A stretch of 64,000 nt of DNA from an uncultured bacterium (GCA_937930175.1 CALGLP010000006.1:65749-129748); one strand, 5' to 3'; shown: positions 39,642 to 48,500, counted from the stretch's first letter. Translations and numbers: made by a program. The notes: generated by a model not told the origin, from the sequence alone.

Positions 39642-39667
39642 TTATAATGAGCATATGCTCAGAATAA
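39642..39667. promoter_or_regulatory. second copy of the palindrome core TGAGCATATGCTCA (operator site 2)
   Basis: TTATAATGAGCATATGCTCAGAATAA. The 14-bp core is perfect and the flanks are imperfect. Centre-to-centre distance 34 bp from site 1, 52 bp upstream of the DUF134 start. Confidence 0.65.
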
Positions 39668-39718
39668 ATAGGCTAAAAAATAGGGTAAGCAGGGAAGAGG
39701 TAATAGAGGAAAAAATGC

Positions 39719-40144
39719 ATGGAAAAAAGAGGTAGGCCAAAAAAGGTTCGATACATCCAGCGAATGCCTAAGGTTACCCTTTTTAGCCCTAGAGGAAAGC
39801 CTGGGCGTCCAGATGAAATACTTTTAAGCATTGATCAATACGAAGCTTTGAAGCTTGCAGATTATCAGGGCTTTGATCAGGTTCAAGGCGCGATTGTTAT
39901 GAAGGTTTCAAGACCTAGTTTTGGACGCATTTTAAGAAGCGCTCGCAAGAACGTTTCAGATGCCTTGGTTAATGGCAAGATCATTAAAATAGGCATTGGC
40001 GACACCCAGATCGGGGTCAGATCCAAGGAGTTCATTTCGATGCGCGAAATAGGCATCCTTAAAGAACGCCGCGCTAATGATAGGCGCCAATCTGACCGAA
40101 GGGTCAGTTTTGGTGGTCAATCTCCTGACCAAAATCCAGTCTAA
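39719..40144 (+). CDS. DUF134/UPF0251 family predicted DNA-binding protein
   Basis: GRPKKVRYI...LSIDQYEALKLADYQGF...VSRPSFGRILRSARKNVSDALVNGKIIKI matches the conserved DUF134 pattern (RPKKxR...EExEAxRLxDxEGL...VSRxTFxRxLxxARxKxAxALVxGKAIxI). AGAGGA RBS. Confidence 0.8.
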   Translation: MEKRGRPKKVRYIQRMPKVTLFSPRGKPGRPDEILLSIDQYEALKLADYQGFDQVQGAIVMKVSRPSFGRILRSARKNVSDALVNGKIIKIGIGDTQIGVRSKEFISMREIGILKERRANDRRQSDRRVSFGGQSPDQNPV

Positions 40145-40152
40145 TTCCCGAT

Positions 40153-40195
40153 TTACTTAAACTTACCGATTTTCCTCTTACTTAAACTTACCGAT
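40153..40195. repeat. two 18-bp direct repeats TTACTTAAACTTACCGAT, 25-bp period
   Basis: Read directly. Related ACTTACCGGG at 40603-40612 and an inverted ATCGGTAA at 40960-40967. Confidence 0.6.
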
Positions 40196-40337
40196 ATTAC
40201 ATATGGTCTTGCGGATGGGTGGATGAAATTGCGGTAAGTTTTTAACCGTTTCTTTTGAAAGCGGATCAAACCTAACGGCGTTAGACGTTGGGCGCTACCA
40301 TAGATCTTAATATGTAAATATATGTAAGGGATGCAAG

Positions 40338-40364
40338 GAATGTAAAGAATGTAAAGAATGTCAA
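40338..40364. repeat. 3x tandem 9-mer GAATGTAAA
   Basis: Read directly; degenerate ATGTAAA/ATGTAAG copies just upstream. Confidence 0.6.
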
Positions 40365-40983
40365 ACGTTGAGCCAGCTCTAAAGCTAGAGGATTTTATTG
40401 CCAAAGATAAGCCCAATACCAATCAATAAGCCAGCCGTAAAGACCCTATGTAAAGACTATAAATGATGATAAATCTCTCTATATAACTACTTCCTATAAT
40501 ATATCTTATGTTAACTAGAATATATAGAAATGTATGATGTAAGTTGTTGTTAGCAATGTACTTATGATATTGTAGGAATTGCCTGTTGATAACTGTTTCC
40601 AAACTTACCGGGATTATGATGCCCTGTTTAAATCAGACATAATTTTGACAAATCTTGCCAGGTATTATGCATTTTATTGATGTTTAGATGTATTTTATCA
40701 TGAGTTAGTTTATGTATTTGTTTCTCGCCAGTTTCCCCTGTTTTTTGCAGGATATTACTTATTGTCTTTGCATATGGCTAGGATGGAATTTTACCTCTTT
40801 TGTAGGATGTCACAACAGCTTACCCGCCATTATTTCGATGGTGGACTTGCTTGCCACTGATTTTATGGGGTTTACATTGCCTTGATGATTTAGGATTGCT
40901 TATTTTGGAGTGCTTGGCTCTAGTTTGTGCATTTCTTTTAATGTAAACTGAATAGAAAATCGGTAAAATTTTGATAGAAAAAG

Positions 40984-41014
40984 GGCCCTGTTTTTTGTTC
41001 AAAAACAGGGCCCC
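40984..41014 (-). terminator. intrinsic terminator hairpin (13-bp perfect stem GGGCCCTGTTTTT / AAAAACAGGGCCC, 5-nt loop) with flanking A/T tracts
   Basis: Perfect inverted repeat. On the minus strand it is followed by TTTTTCTATC and lies 30 nt after the stop of the 41044-41451 gene. It may terminate transcription in both directions. Confidence 0.8.
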
Positions 41015-41043
41015 ACAAAGCGCAAATTCCCTAGTATTTTTGC

Positions 41044-41451
41044 CTAAAAAACAACCCCTTGCGGTGTCTGATCGTTTTGGCTCATGGCTTCGGCCTCAAC
41101 AATGGATATCTCAACAAGCACCATATTTTGGTCTTCAGGGCCTGAAAAATACTGCCTCAACATTGGCATTTGCTCCCACATAAGCTCGCGCTTGGCCGTG
41201 TCTGTGGTAACTTTTGCTTTTCCAGCCAATCGGCAATACGCCATTTTCCGGTCAACAAAACAAAGCTCAACTTGAGGGTTTTTTTGGATTTGGGCAAGGC
41301 TTCTGCGGCCATTAAAAAGCGCTGCTAAAAAAGTGTTATTTTCAGTCAAATATGGCGCAATCGCGCGAACGCGCGGTTGATTTCCTTCCGTGGTTGCCAG
41401 AAACCCAAAACCAGCATCTTTAATCAGGTCAATAGCGGCTTGTTTGTCCAT
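41044..41451 (-). CDS. pyridoxamine 5'-phosphate oxidase-like FMN-binding split-barrel protein
   Basis: GFGFLATTEGNQPRVRAI...VELCFVD pattern of PNPOx-like proteins. Confidence 0.7.
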   Translation of the reverse strand: MDKQAAIDLIKDAGFGFLATTEGNQPRVRAIAPYLTENNTFLAALFNGRRSLAQIQKNPQVELCFVDRKMAYCRLAGKAKVTTDTAKRELMWEQMPMLRQYFSGPEDQNMVLVEISIVEAEAMSQNDQTPQGVVF

Positions 41452-41534
41452 GTGAAAAACTCCTTTCTAATTGTAATTCTAAATACCGGGATTGCCAGTA
41501 TTTTAAAAAGGCTTTTGCCTGTACTTTGACGATC

Positions 41535-42329
41535 TTACTTAGATCTAAACTTTGAAGATCCCATCAAATCTTTGTTAATAATAGAAACAATTTCAGCAGA
41601 AATTGAAACCGCGATTTCTTGCGGAGACAGAGCTCCAATATCCAATCCTATGGGCATTTTGACAGCCTTAATCAGGCTATCTGGGATCCGTAAGCTTTGC
41701 AATTTTCTGACAAATTCTTGCTTTTTCGATTGGCTGCAAATAATACCAATATAGCCAGCTTTGGACTTGATGATCTTTTTGAGGCACTGGAAATCCGTAT
41801 CATGGCTGGCGGTAATCAGCACCATTAATGTGTTCTGGTCTACGGCAATTGTTGACAAGCCCTTGGTAAAGCTATGGCAAATGACATGATCGGCATGCGG
41901 AAACCTTCTTTTGTTGGCAAATTCTTTACGGTTATCCAGGACCGTGACCTTAAATCCAAGGGTTTTTCCTATGATGGATAAGGGCAAGCCAATATGGCCG
42001 CCACCGCAGATAACAAGGTGTTTCTGGGCCAAAAGAGGCTCAATAAAGACCTTTATTTGGCCACCGCAGAGGAATCCATCTTTTTTAGAATAGCTTAAGG
42101 GGACAAGGCTATATTTGCGGGTTTTCATGGCTTTGAGGCATTCTTTACGTGTTTTTTCCTCATTAAGCCCCCCTCCTACAGTCCCAAAACAGGTTCCATC
42201 GCTAAAAACAACCATTTTAGCGCCGATTTTCTGCGGAGTGCCTTTCATGGATTGAACAACCGTGGCAAGAGCGCACGGTTGGCCATTTTCAAGCGATTTC
42301 ATGGCTTCAAGAAGGACTTTTTCCATCAT
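41535..42329 (-). CDS. xdhC: XdhC/CoxI family molybdoenzyme maturation (MoCo insertion) protein
   Basis: N-terminal XdhC_CoxI domain (PCALATVV...GTVGGG) and a C-terminal Rossmann-like XdhC_C domain. Confidence 0.8.
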   Translation of the reverse strand: MMEKVLLEAMKSLENGQPCALATVVQSMKGTPQKIGAKMVVFSDGTCFGTVGGGLNEEKTRKECLKAMKTRKYSLVPLSYSKKDGFLCGGQIKVFIEPLLAQKHLVICGGGHIGLPLSIIGKTLGFKVTVLDNRKEFANKRRFPHADHVICHSFTKGLSTIAVDQNTLMVLITASHDTDFQCLKKIIKSKAGYIGIICSQSKKQEFVRKLQSLRIPDSLIKAVKMPIGLDIGALSPQEIAVSISAEIVSIINKDLMGSSKFRSK

Positions 42330-42343
42330 AAGAAAGCGATGTT

Positions 42344-42913
42344 TTATTCCTGCTTCACAGAAGCTTTAATGATCTTCTGGACTTCTGTTGGCCTGTCACC
42401 AGGTCCTTTGGCGCAATTTTCAATTCTTTCAACCACATCATAGCCCTTGATGACTTCGCCAAAGATGGTATGTTTCATGTTAAGCCACGGAGTGGGGATC
42501 GTTGTAATGAAAAATTGGCTTCCATTGGTGTTGGGCCCAGCATTAGCCATGGCCAAAAGGCCTTTGCGGTCAAAAATCAAGGATGGTGTGACTTCATCTT
42601 CAAAGGATTTTCCCCAAAGACTTTCTCCGCCGCGGCCAGTACCGGTTGGGTCGCCGCCTTGGATCATGAAGTTTTTAATGACGCGGTGGAAAATCAGGCC
42701 ATCATAATATCCTTTTTTGATAAGCCCGAGCATGTTTTCACAGGTTTTGGGTGCGGCAGCGGGAAAAAGCTCGATTTCAATGATGCCTTGATTTGTTTCA
42801 AAGACAATAATGGGCTTGGATGCTTTAGTGGCGTCTTGCGCAAACGCTTTTCCAGGATTGACGCTGCAAAGAAAAAACACAGCAGCAAGTAAAATTATTT
42901 TTTCTACGACCAT
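42344..42913 (-). CDS. cyclophilin-type peptidyl-prolyl cis-trans isomerase, signal peptide
   Basis: [15 protein letters not shown]...[15 protein letters not shown] cyclophilin core; N-terminal signal sequence. Confidence 0.9.
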   Translation of the reverse strand: MVVEKIILLAAVFFLCSVNPGKAFAQDATKASKPIIVFETNQGIIEIELFPAAAPKTCENMLGLIKKGYYDGLIFHRVIKNFMIQGGDPTGTGRGGESLWGKSFEDEVTPSLIFDRKGLLAMANAGPNTNGSQFFITTIPTPWLNMKHTIFGEVIKGYDVVERIENCAKGPGDRPTEVQKIIKASVKQE

Positions 42914-42979
42914 GGCAAACTCCTTTTTTAAATTGGTTAATTGTTATGAGTTAAAGACGTTAACGTTAAGTTTTTTCCT

Positions 42980-43375
42980 TTAGGTTTCTTGCGAGGATGG
43001 TTTGTTTGTCTCTGGTGCTTGTTTGTCGACGCTTTTTAAATCTTGGGTTTCTGGTTTTGGTGCATCGGGTGTTTTGAGTTTTTGTTCAAAATCTTCTGCA
43101 GATTGCGCAAGGCTTATTTTGACATCGTCAACAGGCTTAATGACGGGTTCTTCAACTTTTTTTGGTTTTTCTTCATTGAGATTAAAACGATTGAGAAATG
43201 GCGACGATGGCGCTGTTTTAGGTGTTTCGTGGGGCGTATCATCGGGATTTTCATCAATTTCCAGGCTGTTTAAGAGATCCACCGGCGAAGGCTTGCTGTT
43301 TTTGCTTTCGTTTAATAAAATAACGACCACGGCAATAATGCCAACTGTCAGAATTCCAAGATAGATGATAATCAC
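42980..43375 (-). CDS. small membrane-anchored protein with Pro/Lys/Glu-rich disordered tail
   Basis: One TM (IIIYLGILTVGIIAVVVILL) then low-complexity PKPET-rich sequence. GTG start at 43375 with AAAGGAGG RBS is preferred over the ORF-track start 43423. Confidence 0.5.
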   Translation of the reverse strand: MIIIYLGILTVGIIAVVVILLNESKNSKPSPVDLLNSLEIDENPDDTPHETPKTAPSSPFLNRFNLNEEKPKKVEEPVIKPVDDVKISLAQSAEDFEQKLKTPDAPKPETQDLKSVDKQAPETNKPSSQET

Positions 43376-43544
43376 CAAAACCTCCTTTGCATGACCAAAC
43401 AATAACCAAACATCAAGAAACAATGATCAAGCGAAAGTAATTAATAGTAAAGATTTTTTATTTATGATGTATTAGAATTTTTTTTATTTTGTATCTTGTA
43501 TCTTGGTTATTGGAAATTGCTCCTATTTTCTATATAATACTTTT

Positions 43545-44132
43545 ATGATTTCATGTCTCTTGCTTTGCGCAGGACAAAGTTCACGTTTTGGATCGCCGAA
43601 AGCGCTAGCACTCATTCAGGGCCAAACGGTTATCAGCCGTTTGCAGCAGATGTTACTTGATAGCTGCGTTGATGAAATCATTATTGTCACCGGAGCGCAT
43701 GCGCAAGAAATCACGCCCTATCTATTAAACCACAAAAAGATAAAGCATGTCTATAATAAAAATTATATTTTAGGGCAAACCTCATCGTTTCAGGCCGGTC
43801 TGGATGAGGTTTGCCCCCAAGCTCAAGGCCTCATGCTGTTACCTGTTGATTATCCTCTTGTCACGACGCCCACCATCAATCTCCTCGTCGACAAATTCAT
43901 CCAAGACCCGCTAAAAATTGTCATTCCCACATACAATGGCCAAAAAGGCCACCCACCCATCTTCCCTGTTGTACTAAAAAATGAATTTTTATCTCTGGAT
44001 TCTAAGGAAGGACTCAACGTTGTCCAGCGCCGGCATAAGGAAATAATTGTTTGCTGGCCGGTCACTGACCCTGGCGTGAGCCAAAGTTTTAACACGCTAG
44101 AGGAATTTAAGAGACTAGAAAACTCAAATTGA
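43545..44132 (+). CDS. mocA: molybdenum cofactor cytidylyltransferase (MobA-like NTP transferase, MocA-type)
   Basis: N-terminus MISCLLLCAGQSSRFGSPKAL (LAAGxSxRxG motif). Adjacent to XdhC and the xanthine-dehydrogenase-family genes. TATAAT at 43533-43538 immediately upstream. Confidence 0.7.
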   Translation: MISCLLLCAGQSSRFGSPKALALIQGQTVISRLQQMLLDSCVDEIIIVTGAHAQEITPYLLNHKKIKHVYNKNYILGQTSSFQAGLDEVCPQAQGLMLLPVDYPLVTTPTINLLVDKFIQDPLKIVIPTYNGQKGHPPIFPVVLKNEFLSLDSKEGLNVVQRRHKEIIVCWPVTDPGVSQSFNTLEEFKRLENSN

Positions 44133-44249
44133 TTTTGTACTCATTCTTGAGTGCAACTGTACTCAAGAAGGGATTATGTTCTTTGCGCCCACTTTCCCAC
44201 TTGACACCCAGTCGAGGGCATGGTATTCTTTAGACACAGGAGGGTAAAG

Positions 44250-44591
44250 ATGAAAATTGTCAAGAATTCGGATCACGGAAATCATGTTGTCAAGGTACAA
44301 GAAAAATTTATGGCTGTTGATACGCGGCCTCTTGACGCAAAACATCGCATTACGCTAGGCGGAAGGTTGCAGAAACTCATTGCGCGCAAGATGAAGGTCG
44401 ATGCGTATCAGGTTTTTGTTGGCCAAGACGGAGATATTCTTCTACGGCCTGCGGTATCCGTTTCGAGCCGCGAGGCGTGGATTTATCAGAATCCTCGGAT
44501 TATTAGTAAAGTCCGCAACGGCCTTAAGGAGGCCAGCGAAGGCCAGATGGAAAAAGTTAGTGATTTAGAAAAGTTTATCAATGACCTATGA
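44250..44591 (+). CDS. putative antitoxin, AbrB/MazE (swapped-hairpin) type
   Basis: RITLGGRLQKLIARKMKVDAYQVFVGQDGDILLRP resembles SpoVT/AbrB/MazE DNA-binding cores. AGGAGGG RBS before ATG 44250. Stop overlaps the next start (ATGA). Confidence 0.5.
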   Translation: MKIVKNSDHGNHVVKVQEKFMAVDTRPLDAKHRITLGGRLQKLIARKMKVDAYQVFVGQDGDILLRPAVSVSSREAWIYQNPRIISKVRNGLKEASEGQMEKVSDLEKFINDL

Positions 44592-44884
44592 GTTTTTTGT
44601 TGAGTTTTACTCCGAGCGCGAAGCAGAGCCTGAAAAACCTCAAAGACAATGCCCATTTGGAAAAGAATTTTAAGGCCGTAGTTAAGGCCTTAAAATATCT
44701 TGCAGAAAACCCGCGCCACCCCAGCTTGCAAACCCACCAGTATCATTCCCTCTCCGGCCCCAGCGGTGAAAAGATTTTTGAGGCTTATGCCCAGCAAGAC
44801 ACGCCGGCTGCCTATCGTATCTTTTTTTATTACGGAAGCACGCGTTACGAAATAGTTGTTTTTGCGATTACTCCGCATCCTTAA
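44588..44884 (+). CDS. RelE/ParE-superfamily toxin-like protein
   Basis: 98 aa. C-terminal AYRIFFYYGSTRYEIVVFAITPH resembles the RelE/ParE beta-sheet core (YRxxYxxx...IxIxxIxH). Translationally coupled to the upstream small gene. Confidence 0.5.
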   Translation: MSFLLSFTPSAKQSLKNLKDNAHLEKNFKAVVKALKYLAENPRHPSLQTHQYHSLSGPSGEKIFEAYAQQDTPAAYRIFFYYGSTRYEIVVFAITPHP

Positions 44885-44934
44885 AGAATCCCTGCAAAGA
44901 ATGTCTGCGAATCGCGTGGCATGATTTTAAGGTG

Positions 44935-45068
44935 GAAGATTTTATCCAGCGCCGGCATCCGGAGAAGATTCTTTGCTGGCTGGTCACTGACCTTGGCGTG
45001 AGCCAAAGTTTTAACACACGGGAAGAATTTAAAGATCTACACGGGTTGTTAAAACTAGATATGCGCTA
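44935..45068 (+). pseudogene. 3' fragment of a mocA-like gene
   Basis: Translates DFIQRRHPEKILCWLVTDLGVSQSFNTREEFKDL, colinear with the mocA C-terminus VQRRHKEIIVCWPVTDPGVSQSFNTLEEFKRL. A 47-bp core has only 2 mismatches. Confidence 0.7.
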
Positions 45069-45076
45069 AATTTTTG

Positions 45077-45718
45077 CTATTTAGTGCATTGATAGTTTGG
45101 GTCGTCAAGTTCGCAGGGAAATGAATTGTCTGTATGAATATCATTACAGACAGGGTAATCTCTGATTCCGTGATAATCAGTGCTTCCAACATCAACACAT
45201 TTTGAATTAGAAGCCCAAGGATCAATATATAGACTCTCAGGACTGCCGGATGATGTTATTTTAAATTGATAATCGATTCTCCACATCTGTTCACAGCCAG
45301 CTGGTTCTTCGTTGACACAGCGAAAGGCAAAGCAGTAAATGGTATCTTTCTGTCTGCGACAGCGAAAGCGCACGTCGCCTCCATTGTCCCATGCTTGTCC
45401 AATCCCCATGTCAAAACGTGACCCAAGATCAGCAGTTGATCCAACGATTGACGAGGAGTTCCAGCAGACATCTCCTCCTCCCGGACAGTTAGTGGTGAAA
45501 TATTCTTCATCTTTATAGCTAGCGCACTGCGTTGGCAGCATAGAACATGCAAGTGTTTGCAATCGAGTGACAGCTTGGGCAAGATTATCGCCTTCACCCT
45601 CAACAGAAGGAACACTTTCACTTTCTGCGTTTTGGACATTAAAAATGAAAAAAGTTAAAACAAGAATGAAAAGAAAGAAAAATCTTAATTTTTGGAAATT
45701 ATTCTTTTGAGATCTCAT
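45077..45718 (-). CDS. secreted Cys-rich protein (12 Cys), unknown function
   Basis: Own AGGAGA RBS 6 nt before ATG (minus-strand 45718). Signal peptide MRSQKNNFQKLRFFFLFILVLTFFIFNVQNA. Mature part is rich in C, G, D and N. In frame with the upstream gene, with no stop codon between them. Confidence 0.6.
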   Translation of the reverse strand: MRSQKNNFQKLRFFFLFILVLTFFIFNVQNAESESVPSVEGEGDNLAQAVTRLQTLACSMLPTQCASYKDEEYFTTNCPGGGDVCWNSSSIVGSTADLGSRFDMGIGQAWDNGGDVRFRCRRQKDTIYCFAFRCVNEEPAGCEQMWRIDYQFKITSSGSPESLYIDPWASNSKCVDVGSTDYHGIRDYPVCNDIHTDNSFPCELDDPNYQCTK

Positions 45719-48040
45719 TTTTTTCTCCTGATCGTTTTTTATTTTAAGTGCTTTTAAAACTTTCTCCGGCGTGATAGGAAGGTCTTTGATGCGCACGCCG
45801 ACGGCGTCTTCGATGGCGTTGGCGATGGCGGCCGCGGTAGGCAAAAGCGCTGCCTCACCCATGCCCTTGGCGCCAAAGGGGCCTTGTGGGTCATTGGTCT
45901 CGATCAAGATTGATTCAACTGGACAGGCACTGATCGAGCGCGCCAAGCGGTAGTTGGCAAAATTGGGGTTGACCACGCGCCCATCTTTAAACTGAAGATT
46001 TTCCCAAAGCGTGTACCCGATTCCCATAAAAAGTGAGCCTTCGATCTGGCCTTTGACCGATTGCGGGTTGATGGCGCGACCCACATCATGGGCATCCCAC
46101 ATTTTCAAGACCTTGACGTGACCGGTTTCGGTATTGACCTCGACCTCGGCTATTTGCGCTTCAAAACTGTAACTTCCTGAGACATTGCCCTCCCCTGTTC
46201 TAAAATCAACCGGCGTTGTCTTGGGGTTATAGCTCCCCCGGCCAATAATTTGTGTTCCGTAGTTAAAGGAATAGCAAAGCTCTACGGCTTTATCAAAGGT
46301 CATGACAACAGAGTTTGTTTGGGTGTTGATGACTTGTTCAGCTTGGATATCCAAGATGTTCACATCTAAATTTTTCTCATGGGCCACAATGTCAAGAATC
46401 TGACGCTTGGCATCAGCGGCCGCGAGCTTGGTGGCATTTCCAGAAATAAAGGTCACGCGGCTGGCAAAGCTTCCGGTGTCAAAGGGTGTGATGGCCGTAT
46501 CCGCAGCTGTAATGCGAATGCGATTGTAGCTTATGCCAAGCTCTTGGGCGGCGATCTGTGAAAGAACGGTATTTGAGCCTTGTCCAGTATCCGCAGCGCC
46601 TGTTAGGACATAGACCGAGGCATCCTCCTCGACCTTGATCACGGTGCCAGCGGATTCGTGGGATTTGTACATCTTTGAACCCATGACATCCGCGGCAATG
46701 CCGATGCCAAGCCCGCGCCTAACATGTTTTTGTTTGCCGTGTCTTTGTTTCCACTGACAGCTTTCCGCGGCTTTCTCAATGCACTCTTTGAGGCCATTAG
46801 AGGAGAGGATCATTTTGTTGACGGTGACCATGTTGGGCTCAGTAATATTTTTAAGGCGAAAGGCAACAGGATCCATGCCGATGCCTTGGGCGAGCAAGTC
46901 GATATGCGATTCCACAGCAAAGCCGGATTGCACGCCTCCAAAGCCTCTGATCGCGCCGCTAATAGGATTGTTGGTATAGACCCGATAGCCTGTAATTTTT
47001 AAGTTTTGAATTTTGTAAACCATCATGATGCGCATCATGGATGCGGCCAAGACCGTTGGCCCATAGCTGCAATAGGCGCCTCCGTCGGCAATGACTTCGC
47101 CAGAGATGGCCATGAGGGTCCCGTCTTTTTTGACCCCGGACTTGAGTCGGTAAATCATGGGGTGTTTGCGACGAGAAAAAGAAAACTCTTCTTCGCGGGT
47201 GTACATGATCTTGACCGGCGCACCTTTTGCTTTTTTGGACAAAAGACAAGCTGCGAAATCCATGGGGAGCATTTCAAGTTTTCCGCCAAAGCCACCGCCT
47301 ACCGCAAGTTTGATCACGCGTACATCATTGAGGTTCATATGCAAACATTTGGCAAGGGTTTCTCGGATTTTAAATGGGGCTTGGGTGGAGACCCAAAGTG
47401 TCACTTTTTGCGTATGCTCTTCCCATTGTCCGATGCAGACATGGGGCTCCAGGCATGTATGCGCAGCGGAAGGAAGATAAAACGTGTCCTCGCGCACGTA
47501 GTCAGATTCTTTGAGCGCACGCTCGACATTGCCGAAATTGGTTGGCAGGATGAGGGCGATATTGTTGCGCGCCTCATGAATTTGAGGCGCGCCAGGCTTC
47601 ATGGCTTCTAAGGCGTCAAAGACTGCAGGCAAGATTTCATAGTGGACGTCGATGAGCTTTAAAGCGCGCTCGGCTGTTTCTTCATCCACGGCCGCGACCG
47701 CAGCGATTTCATCGCCAATGTAGCGCACCTTATCCGCTTCCAGGGCTTGTTGGTCCGCGGTTTGTGGGAAAAAATATTCATTGGAACCAAACTTGACGCC
47801 TAAGGTGTCCTTGGCCGTGATAATGGCCTTGACTCCGTGGAGCTCTTCAGCTTTAGAGGTGTCAATTTTCAAGATCTTGGCATGCGCATGAGGACTGCGC
47901 AGCATTTTACCAAACAGCATTCCAGGAAGAACAAGATCCGAAACGTATTTTGTTTGGCCCGTGACAAAACCTCGGCCGTCAATGCGCGGGACATTCTTGC
48001 CAACAGGATTGAGGGATAAGGGATCGTTATTATTTTTCAT
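45719..48040 (-). CDS. xanthine dehydrogenase family molybdopterin-binding (large) subunit
   Basis: N-terminal a/b hammerhead domain (VPRIDGRGFVTGQTKYVSDL), about 770 aa of aldehyde oxidase/xanthine dehydrogenase large-subunit architecture. No in-frame stop before the downstream Cys-rich ORF. Confidence 0.85.
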
Positions 48041-48500
48041 GAGGGTTCATCTTCTCCCCTGCGTCTTTAATTGCTTCAAAAATCTTCAAGTATCCGCCGC
48101 AGCGACAAACATGGCCATCGAGTGATTTTTTGATCTCCTCAAGGCTGGGATTTGGCTTTTGATCGAGCAAAGCCTTGGCCGAAAGAATAAAGCCTGGCGC
48201 GCAAAAGCCGCACTGGACAGCGCCTTGATCTAGAAAAGCTTGCTGGATGGGGTGCAGATGTTCGCCGTCACTTAATCCTTCAATGGTTGTGATCGCGTCA
48301 CCTTCGACATCCTTGGCAAGAGTGATGCAGGAAAGAATCGCCTTGCCATTGACAAGCACGGTACATGTTCCGCATTCTGCTTCAGTGCACGCTGTTTTTG
48401 TTCCTGTGAGCCCTAGATGGTCGCGCAAAACCTCAAGCAGCGTTTCATGGCCCTGGATATCGATAGTGTATTCTTTATTATTAATATGAAAGGTTGTCAT
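48030..48500 (-). CDS. xanthine dehydrogenase family [2Fe-2S] small subunit
   Basis: Plant-type ferredoxin Cys cluster CTEAECGTCTV and second cluster CGFCAPG...CRCGGY. Confidence 0.9.
   Translation of the reverse strand: MTTFHINNKEYTIDIQGHETLLEVLRDHLGLTGTKTACTEAECGTCTVLVNGKAILSCITLAKDVEGDAITTIEGLSDGEHLHPIQQAFLDQGAVQCGFCAPGFILSAKALLDQKPNPSLEEIKKSLDGHVCRCGGYLKIFEAIKDAGEKMNPHEK

Noticed and set aside
40262-40310. Possible tRNA-like segment (GGTAGCGCCCAACG...GGTTTGATCC on the minus strand)
   Set aside because: I could not fold a cloverleaf: there is no 7-bp acceptor stem, no proper T-loop, and the anticodon stem candidates have 3-nt loops. Left for a covariance-model scan.
40338-40364. Tandem GAATGTAAA repeats considered as a CRISPR array or VNTR
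   Set aside because: The 9-bp period is far too short for CRISPR repeats and spacers and there are only three units. Recorded as a simple tandem repeat only.
40153-40422. 89-aa minus-strand ORF in the non-coding AT-rich island
   Set aside because: No RBS and a repetitive, low-complexity translation (YILYIPCIPYIY). It spans the direct-repeat and tandem 9-mer region, which is better explained as non-coding.
46724-47611. ORFs of 92-201 aa on the + strand overlapping the xdh large-subunit gene
   Set aside because: They lie entirely antisense to a strongly supported 770-aa CDS, have no RBS and give low-complexity Arg/His-rich translations. They are almost certainly shadows of the coding strand.
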